From Hyphomicrobiales bacterium (GTDB lineage Bacteria; Pseudomonadota; Alphaproteobacteria; Rhizobiales; Beijerinckiaceae): DNA of 64,000 nt. Every line of letters begins with the position of its first letter. Position 1 is the first letter of the stretch. This document shows positions 15,754 through 23,307 of this stretch, piece by piece. The stretch is from positions 31,749 through 95,748 of the forward strand of contig JAGWTW010000003.1 of NCBI GenBank assembly GCA_028868735.1. The letters are read 5' to 3'. A program made the translations under genes and the position numbers. The notes under the pieces were generated by a model. That model searched no databases and had not been told where the DNA came from. It was given only the letters and a program-made list of their open reading frames with translations.

Positions 15754-16965
15754 ATGAAAACGTACGACGTGTTTCTCCGTCGGTTTGCACGCGCTTGCGC
15801 GCCTGCGCTCGCGCTTGCTCTTGCACACGTATCTCTCGCGTCGGCAGACGAACCGGGCGTGACGCCGACAAGCGTGAAAATTGGCCAGACGATCCCGTTG
15901 AGCGGCCCGGTATCGGCTTACGCGACGTTCAGCCGCGCTTCGCTCGCCTTCTACGACATGATCAACCAGAACGGCGGGATCGGCGGCCGCAAGATCGAAC
16001 TACTCAGCGTCGACGATTCCTTCTCGCCGCCGAAAACAGTCGAGCAGACGCGCAAGCTCGTCGAGGGCGATCAGGTCTTCGCCATTGTCGCGCCGATGGG
16101 CGGCACGACCGCGAAAGCGGTACAGAAATATCTGAATGACAAGAAAGTGCCGCAATTTCTGATCCAGTCCTCGCTTCCCTACTGGAACAATCCGAAGGAA
16201 TTTCCGTGGTCGATTTCCGGCTTGCCGGATTCGGACATGGAGGTCTCGCTCTACGCAAGATTTCTGCTCAAGAAAAATCCGCAGGCGCGCGTCGCCGTTC
16301 TCTACCAGAATGACGATTTCGGCAGGGCCTATCTCACCGCAATGACGGCAGATCTGAAAGGCACGGGCGCGTCAGTGGTCGCGTCCGAAGCGTTCGACCT
16401 CACGGAGCCGACGGTGGATTCGCACATCGTTCGACTGGCAGCCAGCAAAGCTGACACACTGCTCATCGGCGCAACCGCGCGGCAGACGATCCAGACGCTC
16501 AAGAAGGCGGCCGAACTCGGCTGGAAGCCGCAATATTTCATCGCCTATCCCGCCGCCAATATCGAGCGCACCTACAAGGTCGCCGGCGTCGAGCTTGCGA
16601 AGGGCGCGATTTCCTCCTCGGTCTTCAAGGATCCGGGCGATCCGGCGATCGCGAACGACAGGGACCTGAAAGACTATTTCGCCTTCATGGAGAAATATTA
16701 TCCCAAGGGCGACAGGCTCGACACGCTCAACGTCGCAGCTTTCGTCGAAGGCGAGATTTTCGCAGAAGTACTGCGCCGCTGTGGCGCGAATCTGTCGCGC
16801 AAAACCTTCCTCGACAAGGCTACGAGCCTCGGCGGCTGGAAGGCGCCGATGTTGCGCGACGCCGTGATCGTGCGCACCGACCCAGGCAATTACGACATCT
16901 TCCGCTCGATGCAATTGCTGCAATTCGACGGGACGCGGAACGAGGCGATCGCGGTTCCCAATTGA
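15754..16965 (+). CDS. ABC transporter substrate-binding protein, LivK/branched-chain amino-acid type
   Basis: Signal peptide ending ALAHVSLASA. The family-typical N-terminus is VKIGQTIPLSGPVSAYA...GGIGGRKIEL. Length is 403 aa. Confidence 0.85.
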   Translation: MKTYDVFLRRFARACAPALALALAHVSLASADEPGVTPTSVKIGQTIPLSGPVSAYATFSRASLAFYDMINQNGGIGGRKIELLSVDDSFSPPKTVEQTRKLVEGDQVFAIVAPMGGTTAKAVQKYLNDKKVPQFLIQSSLPYWNNPKEFPWSISGLPDSDMEVSLYARFLLKKNPQARVAVLYQNDDFGRAYLTAMTADLKGTGASVVASEAFDLTEPTVDSHIVRLAASKADTLLIGATARQTIQTLKKAAELGWKPQYFIAYPAANIERTYKVAGVELAKGAISSSVFKDPGDPAIANDRDLKDYFAFMEKYYPKGDRLDTLNVAAFVEGEIFAEVLRRCGANLSRKTFLDKATSLGGWKAPMLRDAVIVRTDPGNYDIFRSMQLLQFDGTRNEAIAVPN

Positions 16966-17037
16966 GGCGTTGCCGAGCGCCTGCTTTCGTTGCGAGCAGC
17001 GACGCGGCCTGGAGCCGCAAGACGCGCAAGCCGTCGA

Positions 17038-17457
17038 TCAATAGGCGATCGAAACGCCCTGCGCCTTCAATTCGGCGGCGATGCCGTTGCGCACGCCGAT
17101 AATGTCCTGAACCGGATGTTTGCGGATGTCCTTCACTTCATCAGGGCTGAAGTCGGCGCCAGCGCCGTTCGCCCATGTTCTCAACGCGTAGTTGAGCACG
17201 GCGGCGGCGTCTGCGTCCTGGAGATCGGCATTGGCGACGCCCGGCACGAGCACGAGATATGCGCGGCCATTGCGGGCCTTCGCGATTGGACCGAGAAAAC
17301 CCGGAAATGGCGGCACGCGGCCAGTCCTCGATCCGATCCCGTCGAGGCCGTGACAGCCTGAGCAATGAAGCAGATAGAGATTGGCGGCGGTTTCCGCGCG
17401 CGAGACGCCTGAAACAAAAGTGAGCGCAAGAACAGCGGCGGCCGTCGCGCGTCTCAT
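17038..17457 (-). CDS. Small periplasmic monohaem c-type cytochrome
   Basis: Signal peptide MRRATAAAVLALTFVSGVSRA and a single CSGCH haem motif. Its ATG overlaps the mauA stop (ATGA). Length is 139 aa. Confidence 0.8.
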   Translation of the reverse strand: MRRATAAAVLALTFVSGVSRAETAANLYLLHCSGCHGLDGIGSRTGRVPPFPGFLGPIAKARNGRAYLVLVPGVANADLQDADAAAVLNYALRTWANGAGADFSPDEVKDIRKHPVQDIIGVRNGIAAELKAQGVSIAY

Positions 17458-17996
17458 CCCTTGCCCGATACGCCGACGATCACGGACACGGTGCAATGGT
17501 ACATGCTCGGCGTGTTGGCCATGCACCAGTTGATGTCGTTGTGTACGCCCATGCGATAGCCGGGCCGCTCGCGCAGATTGGTGTTGCACTGGCAACGCCC
17601 ACAGGTCGTCTTGCCGCAGCAATCGTTGTAGGAAACGATATAATCCTTGCCGTCCTTCGCGTTGTGACAGGTGCCGACCCATGTGACTTTCGAAGGCTCG
17701 GCGCCCGGCGGACAAGCGGTGACGCTGCCGCCGCAGCATGAGCAGAGGAATCCGTCGAGTGCGCAATAACGCCAGTAGTCGCACTCCTCCTCCGTCGCGT
17801 CGGCACGGCCGCCTTCGGCCGCGTTGGCGCGCAGCGAGCGGTCGAACGGCAGCAAAGGCACGAGCGCCCCGCCGACGAGCGTCGAACCAAGCATGGAGAG
17901 CGCCGACCTGCGCCCGATCATTTGCGCAGATTTGCGCGCTGCTCGCTCCGCTGCGCGATCGAACGCGCCGAGCAATTTTCCGATCACATCGTCCAT
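17454..17996 (-). CDS. mauA: TTQ amine dehydrogenase light (small) subunit
   Basis: Long leader with RRSAL. The Cys-rich mature part CDYWRYCALDGFLCSCCGG...KVTWVGTCHN...DINWCMAN...YHCT matches the MauA/AauA pattern. That pattern includes the two Trp positions that form TTQ. Confidence 0.88.
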   Translation of the reverse strand: MDDVIGKLLGAFDRAAERAARKSAQMIGRRSALSMLGSTLVGGALVPLLPFDRSLRANAAEGGRADATEEECDYWRYCALDGFLCSCCGGSVTACPPGAEPSKVTWVGTCHNAKDGKDYIVSYNDCCGKTTCGRCQCNTNLRERPGYRMGVHNDINWCMANTPSMYHCTVSVIVGVSGKG

Positions 17997-18024
17997 GCGC
18001 TGGCTCCGGCTGGCGGGCGTTCGT

Positions 18025-18627
18025 TCATGTGGGCGCGCCGCTGGCGGCGTCGAGATAGTTTTGAACGGACGCGACGCCCAGGTCGCGCGCGTTGAAGAGG
18101 CTTTCGAGCTGTTCGCGATTGTTGACGAGGCCCTTGGCCTTCACGATCCCGGATTCGTCCAGCAGCACGGCGTAGGGCAGGCGGCTCACGCGAAAGGCAA
18201 GGCCGAGATCGCTCGACAGCACGTAGGGGAAATCGCCGAGCGCGCGATCGACGACGAAGGCGCGGTGGGCCGCCTCCTCGCCGTCGCTCGCCAGCACGAC
18301 GTCCAGCCAGGCGCGTTCTTTGGCTGCGACGGACTTGAGGATGGGCAGCAGCTTCTTGCAGACGGGACATGTCGGCGAGAGGAAAAATACAAGTTTGGCG
18401 CGGCCCTGCGCGGCGCCGATGGCGAGCGACGCTCCGTCGAGCGCCCTCAGATCGAAGCGGCGGACGCCTTCGCCGACTTTGGGGCCGGAATCGGTCATGA
18501 GCGCGCCCATGGGCGCGACGCGTTCGAACAATACGCCGACCTGCCGGGCCAGTGCGAACACCATTACGGAAAGAATGATGACGAGCACCCAGAGCAGCGC
18601 GACCGCGACGACGAGACCGTCCATCAT
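18025..18627 (-). CDS. mauD: MauD-like thioredoxin-fold protein (small-subunit maturation)
   Basis: An N-terminal TM helix, then the motif SPTCPVCKKL. The position between the mauE and mauA homologues is as expected. The start is either of two adjacent ATGs (18627 or 18624). Confidence 0.8.
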   Translation of the reverse strand: MMDGLVVAVALLWVLVIILSVMVFALARQVGVLFERVAPMGALMTDSGPKVGEGVRRFDLRALDGASLAIGAAQGRAKLVFFLSPTCPVCKKLLPILKSVAAKERAWLDVVLASDGEEAAHRAFVVDRALGDFPYVLSSDLGLAFRVSRLPYAVLLDESGIVKAKGLVNNREQLESLFNARDLGVASVQNYLDAASGAPT

Positions 18628-18631
18628 CTCC

Positions 18632-19174
18632 TCACAAAAAGCTCTCGGATCGCAGGCGACGCACTGCGGCGGCGTTCTCGATCGTCTTTTCCGCGCCGAC
18701 CAGCAAAAGCCAGCCGACGAGGATGGCGCCGGCGGCTTCAAAGAAATCGCCGACGCCCAAACTCCGTGCGCTCACTGGCGCGAACAGGAGACCGCATAAC
18801 GCGATCAGCGCGATATTGCGGCCAACCAGCGCCCAGGAGATCGTCTGGCCGTCTCCGCCGCATCCGCACTCGATTTGCGTGCGCCCAGCGCCGAGCGCCA
18901 GCGCCATGGCGAGCGCATAGAGCGCGAGCAGCGCAGCAGCGCTGACCGCGCCGAAGGGCCGCATTCCGGGCGCGAGCAGCGCGGCGAGCGCAGCGGCTTC
19001 GAGCAGGGCGAGGACCACGGCGGCCGCGGGCGCAAGACGCGCCGGCGTCAGGCGATAGTCGCGCAGCGTCGCGACGTAAACGGCAAAATTGCCCACCTTC
19101 TCCAGAAGCGCTCGGGCGAAAACGATTCCGAGCAGTCCGGTCGCAACCATGACAATGAGCGGGTCGAGGCTCAT
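18632..19174 (-). CDS. mauE: MauE-like membrane protein
   Basis: 180 aa polytopic hydrophobic protein. It has an ATGA overlap with the heavy-subunit stop, and its position matches the mauBEDA order. Confidence 0.75.
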   Translation of the reverse strand: MSLDPLIVMVATGLLGIVFARALLEKVGNFAVYVATLRDYRLTPARLAPAAAVVLALLEAAALAALLAPGMRPFGAVSAAALLALYALAMALALGAGRTQIECGCGGDGQTISWALVGRNIALIALCGLLFAPVSARSLGVGDFFEAAGAILVGWLLLVGAEKTIENAAAVRRLRSESFL

Positions 19175-20298
19175 TTCGACACCTCGATCAGCGCGGCCGA
19201 TTCGCCGAGCTTGATTTCCTTCGTCTTCGCGACGCGTCGCGTCTGCGGATCGACAGCGAATCGCTGTATCTTCGATTCGACGGGATTGATGGCGAAGAGG
19301 GCGGAGGGATCGCTCGGACTGATCGTGATCGACGTCAGGCCCGCGGCGGGCGAGCGCGCCAGCAATTTCTTGCCCTTCACGTCATAGGACCAGATTTCGG
19401 CGCTCGGATTCTTGTGGCTGCCTTCGGCCGCGTCGCCGTGCATCAGTACATAGGCGACGCCGGACTTGGGATCATAGGCGAAGGGCTGGAAGCCGCCGGG
19501 CGCCCAGCCCGGCGCGCCCGCGGCGACGTCAGCGCTGTCCAGCAGCTTCGCCGTCTCATCCTCCAACGATACGCGCGCGATCGTCCCTTTGTACGATACG
19601 AAAAGGTAGGAATCGACGTCGTGCTCGGCGTGAGTGAACCAGGGATCGTTGGTCGCGTCGAACAGCTTGGCGCTCGTCTTGCGCGCGGCGCCGTCATGCG
19701 CCTCGTTGATCGTATAGGAGCCGACGGTCCCGCCGCCGCACAGCGTCGAGAAGCGCAGAGGATTGGTCAGGGACGGATAGATTCCGTAGCAGCCGGGATT
19801 TTGAACCTCGAAACGACGCCGGCTCGCGACATCGAGGACATCAATGCTGGTCGCGGGCGTCGCGTCCTGAATGAAAAGCGTCGTTCCGTCCGACGAGGCC
19901 TGGAACAGGTTGCGGTAGGTGAGCGCCTGTGCGCGCGCCGCCGCGATCGGAATTTCATCCGTCACGGTCAGAGTATGCGCGTCGAACACCTGCACCACGT
20001 CCGTGCGCGCGCCGCGCGTCAGGCGTTCGTAGAAGGAGGTCGGCACGTAGACCTGTCCGCGCTGCGGGGCGGCCAGCATCATGCCGGCGAATCCCGATTC
20101 CATCATGCCCTTCAGATTTAGATCGACGTCGAGCACATAGACGCGGCCGTCGACCATGTGCGGGAGCACGACGTCGGCGACATAGACGCGCTCGAAGTCG
20201 CCGAGCACGGTCTTGCCGATCTTTTCCGGCGCGAGCTCCTGCGCGGCGCAGGCCTGGGCGGCCAAGAGCCCCGCCAACATTATTGCGCTGCGCATCAT
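19171..20298 (-). CDS. mauB: TTQ amine dehydrogenase heavy (large) subunit, beta-propeller
   Basis: Signal peptide MMRSAIMLAGLLAAQACAAQ. The sequence VYVADVVLPHMVDGRVYVLD...VQVFDAHTL...FIQDATPATSIDVLD resembles MauB/AauB. Length is 375 aa. Confidence 0.85.
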   Translation of the reverse strand: MMRSAIMLAGLLAAQACAAQELAPEKIGKTVLGDFERVYVADVVLPHMVDGRVYVLDVDLNLKGMMESGFAGMMLAAPQRGQVYVPTSFYERLTRGARTDVVQVFDAHTLTVTDEIPIAAARAQALTYRNLFQASSDGTTLFIQDATPATSIDVLDVASRRRFEVQNPGCYGIYPSLTNPLRFSTLCGGGTVGSYTINEAHDGAARKTSAKLFDATNDPWFTHAEHDVDSYLFVSYKGTIARVSLEDETAKLLDSADVAAGAPGWAPGGFQPFAYDPKSGVAYVLMHGDAAEGSHKNPSAEIWSYDVKGKKLLARSPAAGLTSITISPSDPSALFAINPVESKIQRFAVDPQTRRVAKTKEIKLGESAALIEVSK

Positions 20299-20433
20299 GG
20301 AGCCGTCCCGTGTCCGAAGTCCTGATCATTGGATCAAAAGGCGCGCGCCCATGCAAGGGCGTTTGGGCCGATGTCAGGCTTCCGCAAACGGCGCGCGCAG
20401 AGCGACGGCGGGCAATGGAGCAGGGAGAAGCAC

Positions 20434-21094
20434 ATGATCCGTCGCCTCCACGCCATCTTGCTCGCCGGCGTTCTGGCCGGTCCAGCCCTCGCCGTCGGGA
20501 TCCAGCGGTTCGCGCCGATTCCGTTCGACAAGATGAACGCGGATCAACGCAAGGCCGCCGACGCCGTCATGGCCGGCCCCCGGAAAGCGATCGAAGGCCG
20601 TTCAGCGCCTGGCTCCGCAGCCCGGAACTCGCAGGCCGCCTGCAGAAGGTCGGCGAATATCTGCGGTTCAATACGTCGATGGAAAAACGCCTCAACGAAA
20701 TGGCGATGATCATGACCGCGAAATACCGGGGCGCGCAGTGCGAATGGTTCGCCCATCAGCCGCTGGCGTTGGAGGCCGGGCTCGCGCCCGAGGTCGCGGA
20801 GTCCATCGGCGCGGGACGCAGGCCGAAGGCCATGAAGGAGGATGAGGCGTCGTCTACGACTTCGTGATGCAATTGCACCACGATCACAACGTGAACGACA
20901 AGACCTATCAAGCCGCCGTGCAGAAGTTCGGCGAGCAGGGCGTGATGGATCTGATCGCCGTCAGCGGCTATTACGAAATCGTTTCGATGACGCTCAACGT
21001 CGTCGAAGTAAAACCGCCGGCGGACGCGAAGAGTCCGTTCAGGCAGTCCATGCGCTGTCTCACCTGTATTGAACGCCGCCGTCGACGTCGATGA
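20434..21094 (+). pseudogene. Carboxymuconolactone decarboxylase (AhpD-like) family gene split by two apparent single-base deletions
   Basis: The family sequence is readable in three successive frames. These are MIRRLHAILLAG...PRKAIEG, then (P)FSAWLRSPELAGRLQKVGEYLRFN...KEDEA, then VVYDFVMQLHHDHNVNDKTYQAAVQKFGEQGVMDLIAVSGYYEIVSMTLNVVEV. The frame changes fall at about 20597-20600 and about 20847-20849. Confidence 0.7.
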
Positions 21095-21818
21095 CCGTCC
21101 CGCTCACGTAAGCGAGGCGGTCGGAAGCGAGCATGGCGGTCAGGTTTGCGATCTCCTCCGGCTCGGCCGCGCGGTTGAACGGCAGGCCTTGCAGAAACTC
21201 CTCCCAGCGCGCGTCATCGCCGTATTTCTGACGCGCGCGCGCTTTCGAAAGCTCGATGATGCGGTCGGTGCGCGTCGACGCCGGATTGATTCCAACGACG
21301 CGCACGCCGAAATCGGGGCTCTTGCCGCCGAGCGCTTTCGTGAAGGCGATGAGCGCGGCGTTGCCGGCCGCGCCGCAGACGTAATCCCACCGCGGCGAGA
21401 CGCCGGCAAGGCCGATGATGTTGACAATCGTTCCCGCGCGTCGCTCGGTCATGCCTTTCATATAAAGCTGCGTGAGGTGAATGTAGCCGAACACCTTGAG
21501 GCTCCAAGCCTCCTGCCATCGCGCGAGATCGATGTCGAAAATGCTGCCGCCGGGAATGGCGCCCGCGTTGTTTACGAGAATGTCCGGCGCGGGATGCGCG
21601 GCTGCGAGTTTCTCGCGTTCGTCGACCTTCGACAGGTCGGCGACGAAAGTCCTCACCCGGTCGCCGAGCTTCTCGCGGGCCGCCGACAGGCGGCGCCCGT
21701 CGCGCGACACGATCAGGACCTCGGCGCCTTCCGCCGCCAGCGCCTGTGCGCAGGAAAAGCCGATTCCCTTCGACGCGCCGGTAACGATCGCGCGCTTGCC
21801 CTTCAGGTTCAGGTCCAT
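21060..21818 (-). CDS. SDR-family oxidoreductase
   Basis: Start at MDLNLKGKRAIVTGASKGIG (TGxxxGIG) with a GGAGG RBS. An NNAG motif is present. Length is 252 aa. Confidence 0.88.
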   Translation of the reverse strand: MDLNLKGKRAIVTGASKGIGFSCAQALAAEGAEVLIVSRDGRRLSAAREKLGDRVRTFVADLSKVDEREKLAAAHPAPDILVNNAGAIPGGSIFDIDLARWQEAWSLKVFGYIHLTQLYMKGMTERRAGTIVNIIGLAGVSPRWDYVCGAAGNAALIAFTKALGGKSPDFGVRVVGINPASTRTDRIIELSKARARQKYGDDARWEEFLQGLPFNRAAEPEEIANLTAMLASDRLAYVSGTVIDVDGGVQYR

Positions 21819-21910
21819 CTCGCCTCCGCGATTTCCGTTGCCCCATACTGGCGCAATGCTGGCTTTTTTCAAATCCGGGGCATAATGGCGCGCAAACCGG
21901 AGGATGCAGC

Positions 21911-22219
21911 ATGGTCCTGATCGAATTCGCCATGGCGCCGCGCGGCGTCGGCGACTCCCTGAGCGCACATGTCGCGCGCATTCTCGACATCATCGACAAG
22001 AGCGGGCTCGCCTACCAGATGACGCCGATGGGCACCATCATCGAAGGCGAATGGGACGAGGCGATGGCGGTCGTGAACGCGTGTTTCAAGGCGCTGGAAA
22101 AGGATTGCCCGCGCATCGGCGTCAATCTGAAGGCGGATTGGAAGAAGGCCGGCGGTACGCGTCTTTCCTCCAAGATCGAGAGCGTCGAAAAGGTCGTCGG
22201 ACGGAAGTTGAAGCGGTAG
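21911..22219 (+). CDS. MTH1187/YkoF-family (thiamine-binding-like, DUF77) protein
   Basis: 102 aa. MVLIEFAMAPRGVGDSLSAHVARILDIIDKSGLAYQMTPMGTIIEGEWDE is typical of the family. Confidence 0.75.
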   Translation: MVLIEFAMAPRGVGDSLSAHVARILDIIDKSGLAYQMTPMGTIIEGEWDEAMAVVNACFKALEKDCPRIGVNLKADWKKAGGTRLSSKIESVEKVVGRKLKR

Positions 22220-22283
22220 CGCGCATCACGCTTCGCGCAATCGCGCGGCGCGCTCGAACCGGTAAGTTTTTTCGAGATATGCG

Positions 22284-22967
22284 CTAGGAACGCCTGCGTT
22301 CTGCGGCATCGCGAGCATCGAGCGCCTCGATCACCATCTCGATCTTGTGGCGCATGTGTTCGCGCAGGATGCGACCGAGGCCGGGCCCGTCGCGCGCCTC
22401 GAGCGCGGCCAGCATCGCCTCGTGATCGGCGACGGCTTCCGCCCAGCGCGCCGGCGACTTCTTCACGGCGAAGCGCACGGAATTGGTGCGTGTAAGCAGG
22501 TTCTGGAATATCGACGACAGAACCGCATTGTCCGCCGCCTCGAAGATTGCCTCGTGGATCGCGCGGTTCGACCTGTAATAGGGCGCGATCTCGCCCCGCT
22601 CGTAAAAGCGGGCCATCTGTTCGTGCAGCTTGCGGATGCGCGCGACCTTCGCCTCTGTGATGCGCGCGCAGGCGAGTTCGCCCGCCAGTCCCTCCAGCGC
22701 GCCCATTACGGGGAAGAGTTCGGCCACCTCTTCCCGCGTGATCCGCGCCACGACCGCGCCGCGGTTCGGCACCAGCGTCAGCAATCCCTCGGCGGCGAGC
22801 GCCTTGAACGCTTCCCGCATCGGCGTACGCGAAACGCCGAAGCGGATGCAGAGCGCGGCTTCGGGGACCTTTTCGCCGGGCCTCAGCTCGCCCTTGACGA
22901 TCATCTCGCGCAGGCCGACCGCGATTTCGTCGTGAAGGTTGCGCCTGACGATCTGCGTGCCGCTCAT
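22284..22967 (-). CDS. GntR-family (FadR/FCD-type) transcriptional regulator
   Basis: Start at MSGTQIV. The HTH region is LRPGEKVPEAALCIRFGVSRTPMREAFKALAAEGLL, followed by a C-terminal FCD-like helical domain. Length is 227 aa. Confidence 0.88.
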   Translation of the reverse strand: MSGTQIVRRNLHDEIAVGLREMIVKGELRPGEKVPEAALCIRFGVSRTPMREAFKALAAEGLLTLVPNRGAVVARITREEVAELFPVMGALEGLAGELACARITEAKVARIRKLHEQMARFYERGEIAPYYRSNRAIHEAIFEAADNAVLSSIFQNLLTRTNSVRFAVKKSPARWAEAVADHEAMLAALEARDGPGLGRILREHMRHKIEMVIEALDARDAAERRRS

Positions 22968-23269
22968 GCGTCCTCCACGAAACGCTGCTCCGGCCGCATG
23001 AGAAGCGCACAGACGGCGCCGACGCCGAGCAGGACCATCGACATTATGAAAGGCAGATACCAGTCGCCCGTCAGGTCGATGACGTAGCCGGCGACAAGCG
23101 GCGAGACGATCGCCGCCAGCGCCGATCCGGAATTCATCAGGCCCGAGGCAGTGCCCGAATATTTCGCGCTCGCCGCCGTTCCGACGTTCACGCGATCGAC
23201 GTAAGTGATGAAATACATCACGCACAAGAGACCGAGCACGACATGCGTGGGCTTGAACATCCTGCCCAT
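22964..23269 (-). pseudogene. In-frame internal-deletion remnant of an MFS (ACS-family-like) transporter, 101 aa
   Basis: The N-terminus FKPTHVVLGLLCVMYFITYVDRVNVGTAA is MFS TM1. It is joined directly to the C-terminal end SGTASGLMNSGSALAAIVSPLVAGYVIDLTGDWYLPFIMSMVLLGVGAVCALL. A strong GGGAGGA RBS is retained, as is the ATGA coupling to gntR. Confidence 0.55.
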
Positions 23270-23307
23270 TATTCCTCCCGATCCCCGGTCGTCGCGCCGG
23301 CTCTTGT

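Noticed and set aside
14087-15871. Long antisense ORFs such as 14087..15871 (594 aa). Others are 24976..27507 (843 aa), 36395..38503 (the part of the 790-aa ORF upstream of 38504), 39081..40802 (573 aa), 42150..43919 (589 aa), 6804..8321 (505 aa) and 9308..10141.
   Set aside because: Each lies opposite, or out of frame to, a gene with clear family motifs. Their translations are low-complexity and R/A/G/P-rich, as is typical of shadow ORFs in high-GC DNA. No motifs were recognised.
17038-21100. A search for a MauG-like dihaem protein, MauF or a cupredoxin near the amine dehydrogenase genes.
   Set aside because: Only one CxxCH motif-bearing ORF, the 139-aa cytochrome c, is present. The flanking ORFs are a CMD-family pseudogene and an SDR. 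The genes may exist outside this window.
21819-21910. A possible TPP riboswitch upstream of the MTH1187/YkoF-like (thiamine-binding family) gene.
   Set aside because: I could not find the conserved CUGAGA and ACCUGAUCUGGAUAAUGCCAGCG-like elements. The leader is only about 90 nt.
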